Virus record (IMG/VR): IMGVR_UViG_3300005253_001115
Coordinates: 124,001-188,000 of that record
Strand: one strand, 5' to 3'
Length of the DNA stretch: 64,000 nucleotides
Position numbers and translations under genes: made by a program
Notes under the pieces: model-generated
The model's input: the letters and a program-made list of their open reading frames with translations, nothing else
Told to the model about the DNA's origin: nothing
The model's database searches: none
Shown here: positions 9,920 through 19,987 of the stretch, piece after piece
Numbering within the stretch: the stretch's first letter is position 1
Layout of the letters: every line of letters starts with the position of its first letter

Positions 9920-12139
9920 TTATGACCTGCCTATCCATACCCAACTACCGCCATCCCAAAACTCTAGGGCATTGGGGTCCTCATCCGTCCTTATAAAAAG
10001 AGTTCCGGCCGCAGGGTCACTCGGTCTATTGGCCTCCGACCCAAAAGAAAAGGCATGATGACCAGAAACGGGGTCGTGCTCCTGTGTCCACTTGTGGGGA
10101 ATAGCGACGGACGTAATGTTAACGAGAAGCGTATCGTTCGCCGTAGCAATCCCAATATACCAGTCGTTCTCCGTCGTGGTTAGAAGCCCAGGAGTGTTGG
10201 GGTCCGCGTAGTATTTAAGGCCCGGTACGAACGGGGTGCTAGAAGACGCTACGTACAGGCCAGATATGATTACGTTGTTTCCAGTACCTCTCAAGCCGGT
10301 AGGGAGCTTGAGCGGGTCCTGCGTATTTGCCGGGACGAACTTGCCAGAGGCAATCTCAAACGCGCACGTTTGACCCTCTTGCACACCCAGGAAAATATCC
10401 GAGGGGAAGATGACCCCAGGGGTCACCTCCCCACTCGCTTGTAGTGGTATTCCATTCATGTTCACCAAAAGTTCGGTGTCAGAAATGGCCGTTCCAATAA
10501 ACCATTCATTTGGCAAAGTGGTCAGGCTACCTGGGTTGGCTTTGTCGGCGTACACTTGAGAACCAGTCGGGAAACCTCCTGTAGAGAGGTCTAGCATTCC
10601 TTCTTGGATTAGATTGTTGGCAGTACCACGAACGCCAATAGGCATTCGCATAGAATTTGGGTCAGCAACCACGAACTGCGAGCCAGAGGTGTTCCAGGCA
10701 GCTACTTGTCCGGGAGCTACATTGTCCCATTTAGTGTCATCCGAGAACTGTACGTTGATTGTCCCATTGAGCAGACGCAAGATCTCAGTATTGATCTGCG
10801 CGTGCTGCGGGCCACGCTGTAGCATAAACTGCGGAGGGAAATCTCCCCAGTGTGTTCTGCGACCAAACGAAGTTCGTGCCCCTCCAGCACTAATGCTGTT
10901 GCTTAGCAACAGGTATAGTGTTCCTCCAGCTCCCGCATTAGGAACGAAGAAGCCCAAATCGTCAATGTGTGTATCACCGGGAGTAATCGCAGTGAAAGGT
11001 CCGACTCCTCCTGCGCTACCTACTCGCACTTCCTCGACAACAACAGAAGCGAAATCGTCGTTAATGTACCGTTCGTCATCCTCTTGTACCGAAGAGTACA
11101 GGGCGAACCACTGCTTAGAAATGGCGGCAGATACGTCATTGTTTGCCCCAACGAAGTACCCATCGCTGTTTTGTGCCGATCCCAGTTCAACCCAGTTTAA
11201 GCCATCAACACTGATCGAGTTTACTGTAACTTCATCGGGAGTGGCTATAACCTTGGTAGACGTGACGTAAGAGTTAGTAGCGTTGGGAGTCTCGTCCTCA
11301 AGAGGAAGGCCGTTGCCTTCTAGGGCTGCTCTCTGGTCCGCTGTGGGCAGCAAAAGGCTGTCTTCAAGAAGGTACCTATTCGCCAGTGAAGGCATGTCTA
11401 CACCGGCACCGGAGAGCGCAGCAGCCTGCTCTGTGCTGACGTGTAGCTCCGTACCTGATTCGTTCATGTTACCACGGTGCTCGTCTAGCTCAGTCTGTAG
11501 GGCCGAAATGTCCGTGCTGTTGACCCAAGCAGACCCGTTCCAGGTGAAAAAGGAAGGAACGCTCGCGCCGCCAGAGCCATCAGAAATAGTGAAGTAATCA
11601 CCTACACGGTTGGCGTTGAGTCCTGCGATTGGCAATTCCGAAATGTCATTTAGGACGCCACGGAAAGCAGAGCGGCCAAGGACATCAATAGAGTCTCGTT
11701 CAAAAAATGAGATATCCGCAGAGCTAACTGCTGTGTTACCTGCGGGCACTATGACAGTAGCGAACACGATCATGTTCGGGTTGTCGGCACCTTGCTGACC
11801 TATCGGTCCCGTAACAGCAAACACGTCAGAAGTAAGAGCGTCTACACTGATCGTGGGGTCGGAATTCGACTGATACTGCTGTTGGATTACGATATAGGTT
11901 TTGATGTCTACCAGCGGATCGGCTACGATGTCTAAATTCTGGGAGTTGGACTGCTTCACGAACATGCCGTCCGAACCAACCGTGGAGAAGTCAGACAGCG
12001 TAACTCTAAGAACACCAGACACAGGCGCGACGTTCCCGCCCTCAAAGATTCCCTTTACAAGGAGGCCCGCAAGGCGATCGTTGATGTCCTGAGTAGAGTC
12101 AGGATTCCGGTATTTTAGTAATGCTCGTTCGTTAGCCAT
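9920..12139 (-). CDS. Putative tail fibre/baseplate appendage protein, paralogue A
   Basis: 739 aa; colinear similarity to 12141-14951 (NPDSTQDIND, GSDGMFV, NRVGDYF, WNGSAW, QRGPQ); two tandem ~90-aa C-terminal modules. Confidence 0.65.
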   Translation of the reverse strand: MANERALLKYRNPDSTQDINDRLAGLLVKGIFEGGNVAPVSGVLRVTLSDFSTVGSDGMFVKQSNSQNLDIVADPLVDIKTYIVIQQQYQSNSDPTISVDALTSDVFAVTGPIGQQGADNPNMIVFATVIVPAGNTAVSSADISFFERDSIDVLGRSAFRGVLNDISELPIAGLNANRVGDYFTISDGSGGASVPSFFTWNGSAWVNSTDISALQTELDEHRGNMNESGTELHVSTEQAAALSGAGVDMPSLANRYLLEDSLLLPTADQRAALEGNGLPLEDETPNATNSYVTSTKVIATPDEVTVNSISVDGLNWVELGSAQNSDGYFVGANNDVSAAISKQWFALYSSVQEDDERYINDDFASVVVEEVRVGSAGGVGPFTAITPGDTHIDDLGFFVPNAGAGGTLYLLLSNSISAGGARTSFGRRTHWGDFPPQFMLQRGPQHAQINTEILRLLNGTINVQFSDDTKWDNVAPGQVAAWNTSGSQFVVADPNSMRMPIGVRGTANNLIQEGMLDLSTGGFPTGSQVYADKANPGSLTTLPNEWFIGTAISDTELLVNMNGIPLQASGEVTPGVIFPSDIFLGVQEGQTCAFEIASGKFVPANTQDPLKLPTGLRGTGNNVIISGLYVASSSTPFVPGLKYYADPNTPGLLTTTENDWYIGIATANDTLLVNITSVAIPHKWTQEHDPVSGHHAFSFGSEANRPSDPAAGTLFIRTDEDPNALEFWDGGSWVWIGRS

Positions 12140-12140
12140 A

Positions 12141-14951
12141 TTATGACAATCCCAGGTCCGTAACCATAATCATTCTGTCGTTGGCGTTTAGCGGTCTATT
12201 CTGTTCCACCCCTACCCGTATTTCCAGGGTATGCGCTGCCGCTGCAACGTTATTCAAGAAACCTACCAGTGTAATCGTAGCTTCTCCATTCTCGGAAACT
12301 TCATGCTGGGCACGAATACTGTTCGGGTTGGTAATCTCAGTGCCATCCATAAAGAATGCTACGGAAATGTCTACTGCGTCACCTGATCTATTGAAGTAAC
12401 AGGGAGCATAGATTTGGATGGTAGAAACACCAGTACGGCCTGTGAAGTCGAACGCCAAAGACTGAATGACGGTAACAGGTAGCGGCCACCCGCCTGTTTG
12501 TGCAATTACCTGTGGGACATCGTTGCCGGAGTTTATGATCTGCTCAACTCGTCCTCGCAAGTAATCCTCAGCACCGAGAAAATGCCTAGAGGCATGCTCG
12601 AACGGGTTCATTGAGTCAGATACGTTGTCGTGTAGAATCTTTGCAGGCATGCGAATCTGAGAGCTAGCAATCAGGTTGTTGTCGATCGTAACAGGGCCGG
12701 TAAAGCGAGTCTGCTCAATCCATGTATTACCCGCTCCGTTGGTGCAGTAGAACACACGTCCCGTATCGGAACCGTAGAACAGCATGCCGGTAGAAGATGC
12801 CTGGGAGTTAGAGGCTGCGAAACGATCGGCTTCTGGGCCGACCCAAGAGCGGGCAGAGCCCTCGTCGTGGGTACCTGTTACGTCATCGTGCTCGAACGTT
12901 ACGATCGCTCGTGCTGTCTCCCACAAGGGAGCATTTACACACTCAAGCATTAGGTTGTCTGTAGTGGTAGCACGCCCAACAAAGAAATCGTTCTGCGTAG
13001 TCGTAAGATCGCCAGGAGTAAGTACACCTCCCGGAGCACCGGAGAACCAAGCGTAATAACGCACACCATTAAGGAACGGTGCTCCGCCGGGCACCCACTG
13101 CTCGTTGGTGATGATGTTGTTCGAGTTACCGAGAATGCCCTGAGGAGCAAAGGCAAAGGATTTCTCCCACGGCTCCCACATAGAGGTACCCGCATTCCAG
13201 GCAACAACCTGTCCGGGAGATGCGTTGATGAGGCCACCGGGGAACGGTATTCCGGGAGGGATAACCGTGCTGGAAATGCCGATCGAGTTCATGCTAACCA
13301 ACAGTTTGGTGGTGGTCAAAAACGTACCGACGAATCTATCATTCGGTGTTACAGTCATGGCTCCGGCTGTAACTTGGTCGGCGTAAACCTCGTCGCCTGC
13401 CGTGAAGCCAGAAGGCGCAGGAAACTCGTAGATACCGTCCTGAATCAAGTTGTTGAAGTTGCCTCGGATACCTACCGGGAATAGATTGCCAGGGATGTCA
13501 TGCTGTACCATGTCTCCGCTAATGGAATCGTAAGCGATAACGTCACCAGGGCTAGTGCCTCCGTCCCACTCAGAGTCTCGGAAGTTCGGTGTGGTATCGG
13601 TGACCAAGACCTGATTCATACGCGAATCAATCTGTCCAAACTGTGGTCCGCGCTCGATAAAGGCTTGGGGCAGCAAGTCCTGCATAGTGGTTCGCTTGCC
13701 GTACCCGATTCGGAAGCCTACATCGGCCTGGCCGTCGATATCTCCGCTGCTTACCTGAAGATACAAGGGACCGCCCGGGTTGCCTTGCACACTTAGGTCT
13801 CGCCAGAAACCCAGGGCGTCTACCTGCGGGTCTTGTGGGTTTAGTTCGTTCGTGAGGCTGGCTTCAGTGAAGACACCGGTAACACGCACAGGGCGACCCT
13901 GTGAGTTTATGAGTTCCTTGTCTCGGTTGGTACCCGTAGTGTCGTCAGCGTAAATGTTGAACCATTGCTGCGCCGTTCCTACGGCACCCTTACCCACGTA
14001 GATTGGACCATCGGACTCAAGAAGCTCGATAACAGCACTGCCAGCGAACGACTTCTCGGTAGGGACCGCGAAGACCTTTGAGTTCAAGGTAAACTGGTTG
14101 TCTGGGCCCGGCTCAGAACCACGGTATCCCGCTCCTTGGTCCAAGTTGCTGCTACCGGACAGAATCGTGGGATCGCCGGTCATACCGTCGTTCTCGTTCT
14201 GGTCCGGGAGGCGTGCGTCTAGCTCTGTCACGAAGCGGTTAGAGCTATTCGGGGTTCCTGTAGTACCAAGGACCGCCTCGAACTGAGTGTTTGTGAGATG
14301 CTTCGCGTTGTTGGAAAGGTTGTCGATGTGCTCCTGTAGGAGTGTTGATAGAACCTGTGCCTGGGTGATGTTCTGCCAGTCGGCTCCGTTCCAGACGTAC
14401 ATCTCCGGCACGTCGCTCTCCCCGCTGGTGACGATGTAGAAGTCGCCGGGACGGTTGGAGTTTAGAGATCCAGCAGGGAGATTTCCTGCATTGGTGATAG
14501 TGCCTCGAAGAGAAAGCCTTCCCAAAGTGTCTACAATGTCAGACTCTAGATAGGAGATCATCGACTGGGTAACGAAAGTGCCAGATAGCGGTACATCTAC
14601 CACTGCGAACACGATCAGGAACCCAATTTCTGCGTCTCCCAGGTACGCTGCCTCATCAAGGCTCTCGACCTGAACCACCGGCTCAGCGTTGTCCTTGTAG
14701 ATGGATCTCAGTACGATGAAGTTGCGAACACCATCTACAACTGCTAGCGTAGTGATATCCGTCTCTTGGACGAACATACCATCAGCGCCAACCGTAGCGA
14801 AAGCCTCTAGGCTAACTACAAGCCCGTCGGCTACGGTTCCGGCAAGTACCTGTCCACCAGAAAACACACCCTTGTTGAATACAAGGTTGGTATCATTGAT
14901 GTCCCGGGTACTGTCAGGATTCTGGAACTGTAGAAGAGGTCGTAGCGGCAA
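12141..14951 (-). CDS. Putative tail fibre/baseplate appendage protein, paralogue B
   Basis: 936 aa, TTG start; NPDSTRDIND, GADGMFV, NRPGDFY, WNGADW, ERGPQ shared with paralogue A; extra C-terminal beta domain. Confidence 0.65.
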   Translation of the reverse strand: MPLRPLLQFQNPDSTRDINDTNLVFNKGVFSGGQVLAGTVADGLVVSLEAFATVGADGMFVQETDITTLAVVDGVRNFIVLRSIYKDNAEPVVQVESLDEAAYLGDAEIGFLIVFAVVDVPLSGTFVTQSMISYLESDIVDTLGRLSLRGTITNAGNLPAGSLNSNRPGDFYIVTSGESDVPEMYVWNGADWQNITQAQVLSTLLQEHIDNLSNNAKHLTNTQFEAVLGTTGTPNSSNRFVTELDARLPDQNENDGMTGDPTILSGSSNLDQGAGYRGSEPGPDNQFTLNSKVFAVPTEKSFAGSAVIELLESDGPIYVGKGAVGTAQQWFNIYADDTTGTNRDKELINSQGRPVRVTGVFTEASLTNELNPQDPQVDALGFWRDLSVQGNPGGPLYLQVSSGDIDGQADVGFRIGYGKRTTMQDLLPQAFIERGPQFGQIDSRMNQVLVTDTTPNFRDSEWDGGTSPGDVIAYDSISGDMVQHDIPGNLFPVGIRGNFNNLIQDGIYEFPAPSGFTAGDEVYADQVTAGAMTVTPNDRFVGTFLTTTKLLVSMNSIGISSTVIPPGIPFPGGLINASPGQVVAWNAGTSMWEPWEKSFAFAPQGILGNSNNIITNEQWVPGGAPFLNGVRYYAWFSGAPGGVLTPGDLTTTQNDFFVGRATTTDNLMLECVNAPLWETARAIVTFEHDDVTGTHDEGSARSWVGPEADRFAASNSQASSTGMLFYGSDTGRVFYCTNGAGNTWIEQTRFTGPVTIDNNLIASSQIRMPAKILHDNVSDSMNPFEHASRHFLGAEDYLRGRVEQIINSGNDVPQVIAQTGGWPLPVTVIQSLAFDFTGRTGVSTIQIYAPCYFNRSGDAVDISVAFFMDGTEITNPNSIRAQHEVSENGEATITLVGFLNNVAAAAHTLEIRVGVEQNRPLNANDRMIMVTDLGLS

Positions 14952-14963
14952 GTTTCTGTTCCC

Positions 14964-15389
14964 TTAGAAGATTACTGAGACCGTGAACTCGACAACTTCT
15001 GTGTCCACTTTTACCCGAAGAGGGAAGTTTCCGATGGCGAACAGAAATGAAGTACCTGCAAGATCGGGGTCTACGTCGTCCGGGTACGTAGCGAACAAGC
15101 CGATGTTGGATAGTTCACCAACAGCCTCATTCTGCTGTAGAATACACAGGAACGTAGGTGTAAACAGGTCAGGTAGATTAGCCTCATCAACTGGTTCGGG
15201 GCCGAACGTCACACCGGGTAGGTCACTAAGAGATGTGTCTGGGGTCAAGGCGATAATGGGGTTACCCACATCGTGACCGCCGTTTCCTACCTTGAAAGAT
15301 GTGACTGCGAAGGAAGTACCGTTGACCGTCAGGTCAGCGAAAGCTGCACGACCACGATCCGTGATCGCAGCCTTAACGGAAATTGCCAT
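14964..15389 (-). CDS. Stand-alone tail-collar/fibre attachment domain protein (DUF3751-like)
   Basis: ITDRGRAAFA...FKVGNGG...LCILQQNEAVGELSNIGLFA...LFAIGNFP; aligns by eye with the two ends of 8672-9904; RBS AGGAG. Confidence 0.6.
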   Translation of the reverse strand: MAISVKAAITDRGRAAFADLTVNGTSFAVTSFKVGNGGHDVGNPIIALTPDTSLSDLPGVTFGPEPVDEANLPDLFTPTFLCILQQNEAVGELSNIGLFATYPDDVDPDLAGTSFLFAIGNFPLRVKVDTEVVEFTVSVIF

Positions 15390-15411
15390 GTCTAAGACTC
15401 CTAACTACTGC

Positions 15412-15690
15412 TTACGATTCGAGAAGTTCGTCCGCCAGATCCTTGTGCCCCTTCTCGTAGAGGTCAGCGGCTACCTGAGTAACGTCTTTCTTGGGCACCA
15501 CGAGAGTGCCATCGGGCTGGACCAGTCCGGCCAGTGCTCTAACCTGATTCCGATACTCCCAAATCTTCAGAGGACGATTGAACTGCCGTGTCCACACACT
15601 GGCAGCGTCAATGGCCTCTTCCATCACAAAAAATCGAGTCTGCTGGCCTGTAACTGCCTTATACTCTGTGTCAAGTACGAATGTTCGCAC
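15412..15690 (-). CDS. Hypothetical protein
   Basis: GTG start at 15690 after GGGGA; 92 aa; C-terminal QVAADLYEKGHKDLADELLE. Confidence 0.5.
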   Translation of the reverse strand: MRTFVLDTEYKAVTGQQTRFFVMEEAIDAASVWTRQFNRPLKIWEYRNQVRALAGLVQPDGTLVVPKKDVTQVAADLYEKGHKDLADELLES

Positions 15691-15764
15691 GATATTCCCC
15701 CAATCCGGCCCGGGCTGGTTCCTTCTCTTAGAGATAACCCGGCATTTTGTATTCTGGGCTAGCC

Positions 15765-18584
15765 CTAAGAGCCAATGACCCGGAAGTAATGATGTTCCCC
15801 AGCGTCCGTCACCCAAAGGCTTCCAGCCACTGGTAACAAGTCCTCCGTGGTCTTAGATCGAGGATATAGATACCCTCCGGCCTCTTTAGTCCATACGACC
15901 TGATCTTGAGGGCCTGCTTCGAGGGAATATGTGGAATTTCCAGCCACCACAATCCAATAAGGCGTGGATGCCGCCAAAGCCACCGGAGTAAACAAGCGGA
16001 AATTCGTGTACTTTGGCACCCCTGATGGAATCAGACGGGTTTGAATGCCGTCAGCTCGCTCGATCAGGTCTCCAGGCTTGCCACCGTTGTCTTCGTGAAG
16101 CGAGACAGCAATGCCCCCTACGGGGTCCCCAATGCGGTGTAAATGTAGTTCTAGGTACGATACGGTACCTGGCGCGGCCAGCTCGAACTGCTGCGCCATA
16201 GCCGATCCCAGGCCCCCTATGAGCCCTTCTGAAGAGCCGACGGAGCCTCCAGAAAAGCCTGTGATGTCGATCAGATCAGGCCCCGGGTTGGGGTTTGTGA
16301 AGGATAGCTCCATCTCATCACCCGTGGGGGAGAACTGAGACGTGAAAAAGTTCACATAGCGCTCATCCCCGGGGTTGACGTAACTGCTGGTCTTTACCAG
16401 ACCTTCGATGAACCTGCCACCCTCTTTTCGGAGATTTTCCACTGTTTCTTCACGATTGAAACCCTCAAATCCTTCGCCTGCTGTCCGCTGGATCTTGTAA
16501 CGTCCCGGAATGTAAATGGTATCTCCGTCCACGTTGTAGGAGGGGTCGGCCAGTAGCTTCTGCACGCCACCAAAGCGGTCAGTAAAGGTTAGTTCACTAC
16601 CCCACAGGCTCTCTGGGGCTACATTGTCCACGTCCTCTAGCTCGACCTTGGCACGAGCGGGGCGATAAGTGCCCGAAGCGTCCAGCTTGTACAGCCGCCC
16701 AAAATACAGGTCAGACCAGCCAGGACTACCCTCTACAGCCTGCGGAACTAGACGGAACATCGTGATGTCGGAAGAATCAAAGCCGGGGTCTGAAACTCCT
16801 GCGTCCGGGAAGTCGATAAAGATGGGCAAAACGTTTACGCCCTCTACGAGATCCTCCTTGTCAAAACGCCAGCCACGTTCCCTGCTCAGGCTGTCCTTAA
16901 CGAAGATACTTACTCCCGCCAGGCTTCCAGGGAAGTTGGGTATGTCTTCTACATTAGAATCCGTCCCGAAGGCTTCCGGCCCTATGAAGATGGTTAGGTA
17001 AACAGTTTGCCCCCCAGCGTCGGACCAGTCCTGGGTCGGCCCGGTGTAATCAATAGTGGGGAAGTTATTGGAGGCAGGCGAGACAATCGTGTGCTTTACA
17101 GACGATGTTCCGGCCAGTGCAATGGCGGTGTCCGCAGAGATGGTTCCGGGGGTAATGCCGCCAATAGTGAAATTCGCGAAATCGCTGAAGTCCATCAAAT
17201 TGGTCTCGATCTCGTGCGTTTCCAGATCGACAGCGAACAGCTCATTGCTAACCTCTCCCGCTGCCTCTACGTCAATGTCCAACGTCTGCTCTGAAGAGAA
17301 CGTGCTAACGATCTGTGTGAAGTACCCGTCGTATACACAGTCCTCCAGACCAGAAGAGGGACTAGGTGTAATAAACAGAGAGTCCAGAGCATAAAGTACG
17401 GGGTCTGTGTTAGACACGAACCCCTCGAACCTGCCAGTAAGAGACAAACCTACCCAACCGTCAGCACCAGGATCTAGAGCTGGAGCGTCGAGGAGGTCTC
17501 CAGAGTCAAACGGTAGGTCTGAGTCGAAAGCTAGTCTCTTCTGTCCCAGTGGGCTGTCTGGGGTGATGAAAAGGTCGAACGGGTACGCTGCTGCGCAGAA
17601 CCGGATCAATAGTTTGTCTAGGATCTCCACAACGATACGAAAATCAGTGAAGGTGAACTCGCTGTAGGCTGTGGCTGCCGGATCATCGAAGTCAAACAGG
17701 TGCCGCTCAGCAAATTCGTTCGCCAGCACCAGAATCTCGTGCTCTCCGATTTCTTGTATCTGGTAGAAATGGCGAGCGTTGTTTATGAGACGAATGAAAG
17801 CCAACCAGTGGACAATCTCGAAGTTGGGAATCCAAACATGGGCCTCGTAACCTCCGAACTCTAGTTGGCTCTTGAAGAGGGGCACTACATCCGGCTCGAA
17901 GATGGTACGGTCCGTCTGGGTCGGAACGAAGATGGGAGTAGTCCCCAAAAGCGCTGCCGCGAAGTCTCTCACTCCCTGGGTGGACCCGCTCTTGGTCATG
18001 TAAGACCGTGTTACGAAACGACTAATTAGAGTTCGTAGAGACTTGGGGTCAGCGTACAGATCTTGGAACGGGATCAGGATCTCAGTCATACGAGACGAAA
18101 AGTCACTGAAGAGAGCCCGTGTCTGCTCATCCAGAGGATTCTGGGTGTTACTGAAGATCTCACGAGCGTAGGTGGTTACGAAGGTACCGACGTGAGAAGA
18201 AATCACGGACGTGAAGGTAGAGTCGTTCTCTGTGAATACCTCAATTAAGTTCTCGCCCTTCAACAGGGCTATGAATTCAGTCGTGGTGGTGTTGATGGGT
18301 ACGAACTGCTTCTCAACAATCCGGTTACGGACCTTGAGCACATTGCTTCTGGTATCGTTGCTGATTAGGGTAGCGCGGATGGTGTGCTGCACACCCGGGC
18401 TGTCAGTGGTGATACTGAAGGCCGTTTCCTGAGCCGTGAACTGCGTTACAGGTCCAGACAGGTTGGTGAACTTACCGCGAGGGATGCCCTTGAAGCGTCC
18501 AAGAACCGCATCGGAACTACCGTAAATCATATTGTTCAGGTTTGACTGGTATACCTGGGGCTGTAGTACGACTCTAATAGTCAT
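15765..18584 (-). CDS. Baseplate wedge subunit (gpI/gp7-like) with appended beta-sandwich domains
   Basis: Directly downstream of gpJ; LRTLI...YMTKSGSTQGVRDFAAALLG resembles the gpI-type 'KGT..GI...L' motif; C-terminal AQQF..GTVSYLEL...VSLHEDNGGKPG...LAASTPYWIVV resembles a choice-of-anchor R-type domain. Confidence 0.6.
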   Translation of the reverse strand: MTIRVVLQPQVYQSNLNNMIYGSSDAVLGRFKGIPRGKFTNLSGPVTQFTAQETAFSITTDSPGVQHTIRATLISNDTRSNVLKVRNRIVEKQFVPINTTTTEFIALLKGENLIEVFTENDSTFTSVISSHVGTFVTTYAREIFSNTQNPLDEQTRALFSDFSSRMTEILIPFQDLYADPKSLRTLISRFVTRSYMTKSGSTQGVRDFAAALLGTTPIFVPTQTDRTIFEPDVVPLFKSQLEFGGYEAHVWIPNFEIVHWLAFIRLINNARHFYQIQEIGEHEILVLANEFAERHLFDFDDPAATAYSEFTFTDFRIVVEILDKLLIRFCAAAYPFDLFITPDSPLGQKRLAFDSDLPFDSGDLLDAPALDPGADGWVGLSLTGRFEGFVSNTDPVLYALDSLFITPSPSSGLEDCVYDGYFTQIVSTFSSEQTLDIDVEAAGEVSNELFAVDLETHEIETNLMDFSDFANFTIGGITPGTISADTAIALAGTSSVKHTIVSPASNNFPTIDYTGPTQDWSDAGGQTVYLTIFIGPEAFGTDSNVEDIPNFPGSLAGVSIFVKDSLSRERGWRFDKEDLVEGVNVLPIFIDFPDAGVSDPGFDSSDITMFRLVPQAVEGSPGWSDLYFGRLYKLDASGTYRPARAKVELEDVDNVAPESLWGSELTFTDRFGGVQKLLADPSYNVDGDTIYIPGRYKIQRTAGEGFEGFNREETVENLRKEGGRFIEGLVKTSSYVNPGDERYVNFFTSQFSPTGDEMELSFTNPNPGPDLIDITGFSGGSVGSSEGLIGGLGSAMAQQFELAAPGTVSYLELHLHRIGDPVGGIAVSLHEDNGGKPGDLIERADGIQTRLIPSGVPKYTNFRLFTPVALAASTPYWIVVAGNSTYSLEAGPQDQVVWTKEAGGYLYPRSKTTEDLLPVAGSLWVTDAGEHHYFRVIGS

Positions 18585-18586
18585 GG

Positions 18587-19987
18587 TTACCTAATGTTAA
18601 GCTGGAAGCTCTCGTCGTCTAGCTGTGAAATTTCATTGTCATCCATCTCGATGATTTCTACGTCCCGCAAGGATAGATCCGTGCGCCGAAACTGCTGCAA
18701 ATCTAGAGAGGTCACACCCTGCACAGTGGTCAGAATGCTCTCTCGGAGCTGCTCTGGGAACAGGGTGAACCCGAACACGTTCTGGTTTACATACTCAAGA
18801 GCTACGTTCTGTACTTGATCTGTAGTCCTGGGAACGTCGAACGAAGACGCCACACGAATGGACATCTCTACGGTGATGGGTGCAACCTCTGCCTGATATA
18901 CTAGGATGTCAGTACCGAACAGCAGAGAGTCACCGACGTTGGTAGGCTCGTACACCTGTTGTGTGTCGAACACGAGTCGATTGAAGTCGTAGGAGAACGT
19001 CACCACGTCACCAGCGCTCAGTGGGTTGCTCAATAGCGCTGTGTCCTGCGCCCGTACCGTACCGGCTTCGAGGCCCCCGTCTAACACGATAACAGCCCCA
19101 GAGTCAACCACACCGTTTACTTGTAGGAGCAATGACCCGACCACAGCAGGCGGGCTGGCTAGAAGGATCTGCGTCTCCCCGCCCAGCCCGACGAAGCTCT
19201 GTCGGACAGTCTCGCTGTTGATGCCAGCAATGTAGACATCTAGAGCGGGGGTCTGCGGTGCGCGCAAAAACAGAACGCTTGCAGGCTGAATTATAGCTAC
19301 GTCGTTGACTAGCTCCGGGAAGGCATTGGCCGCAACGAACTTGATGCCGTCGATCGAGCCAGTGTTGAGACCAGCAAACCGCTGGCGAATTCGGGCTACC
19401 TCTGCGGACTGCGTTTCCTGCTCGCTACCTCCGGTAGCTGACGTGCGACTCTCTACGCCGTCGAAATCAGAGTTAGCTGTAACCAAAGTCTGGATTCGGA
19501 AGGCGGGAACATTGAAGTTTTCTCCCGGAGAAACAGCCTTTACGTTGACAGCCACCTCATAGGTGCGCCGGGCTGCGTTGAAGAAGGCTTCAGCGTTAGA
19601 GGGGTCGATTACAGCGTCTTCCTGAACAATGTATTGTAGAGTACCGTCTAGGTTGCTGATGAGGGAGCCACGGCGAACAACTGCGGGCTGCGCGGGCCGG
19701 GTAAACCGGAAGAAGAACACAACCACGGAGGCTTTAGCTCCGGGCGCACGTTGAATGCCGAAGTTGGTAGCCAGGGCGTTGGTCTCATCGACTGTAGCGA
19801 CTTCCTGAAACTGTAGCGAGTACAGGGCGTTGATTCTGTCCTGCTCGCTCTCGATACGAGAAATCTCATTAGAGACAGGCTGTAGCATGATGTTGTACAC
19901 TGGACCACTGCGGGATTCGATCGTGGGATCGGCACCTTCTACAGAATCCGCCATTGACTTTTGAATCTGTTCTACTGAACGCGCCAT
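18587..19987 (-). CDS. Baseplate J/gp47 family wedge protein
   Basis: LATNFGIQRAPGAKASVVVFF...VRRGSLIS...VKAVSPGENFNV...ATGGSEQETQSAEVARI is the typical Baseplate_J pattern. Confidence 0.85.
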   Translation of the reverse strand: MARSVEQIQKSMADSVEGADPTIESRSGPVYNIMLQPVSNEISRIESEQDRINALYSLQFQEVATVDETNALATNFGIQRAPGAKASVVVFFFRFTRPAQPAVVRRGSLISNLDGTLQYIVQEDAVIDPSNAEAFFNAARRTYEVAVNVKAVSPGENFNVPAFRIQTLVTANSDFDGVESRTSATGGSEQETQSAEVARIRQRFAGLNTGSIDGIKFVAANAFPELVNDVAIIQPASVLFLRAPQTPALDVYIAGINSETVRQSFVGLGGETQILLASPPAVVGSLLLQVNGVVDSGAVIVLDGGLEAGTVRAQDTALLSNPLSAGDVVTFSYDFNRLVFDTQQVYEPTNVGDSLLFGTDILVYQAEVAPITVEMSIRVASSFDVPRTTDQVQNVALEYVNQNVFGFTLFPEQLRESILTTVQGVTSLDLQQFRRTDLSLRDVEIIEMDDNEISQLDDESFQLNIR

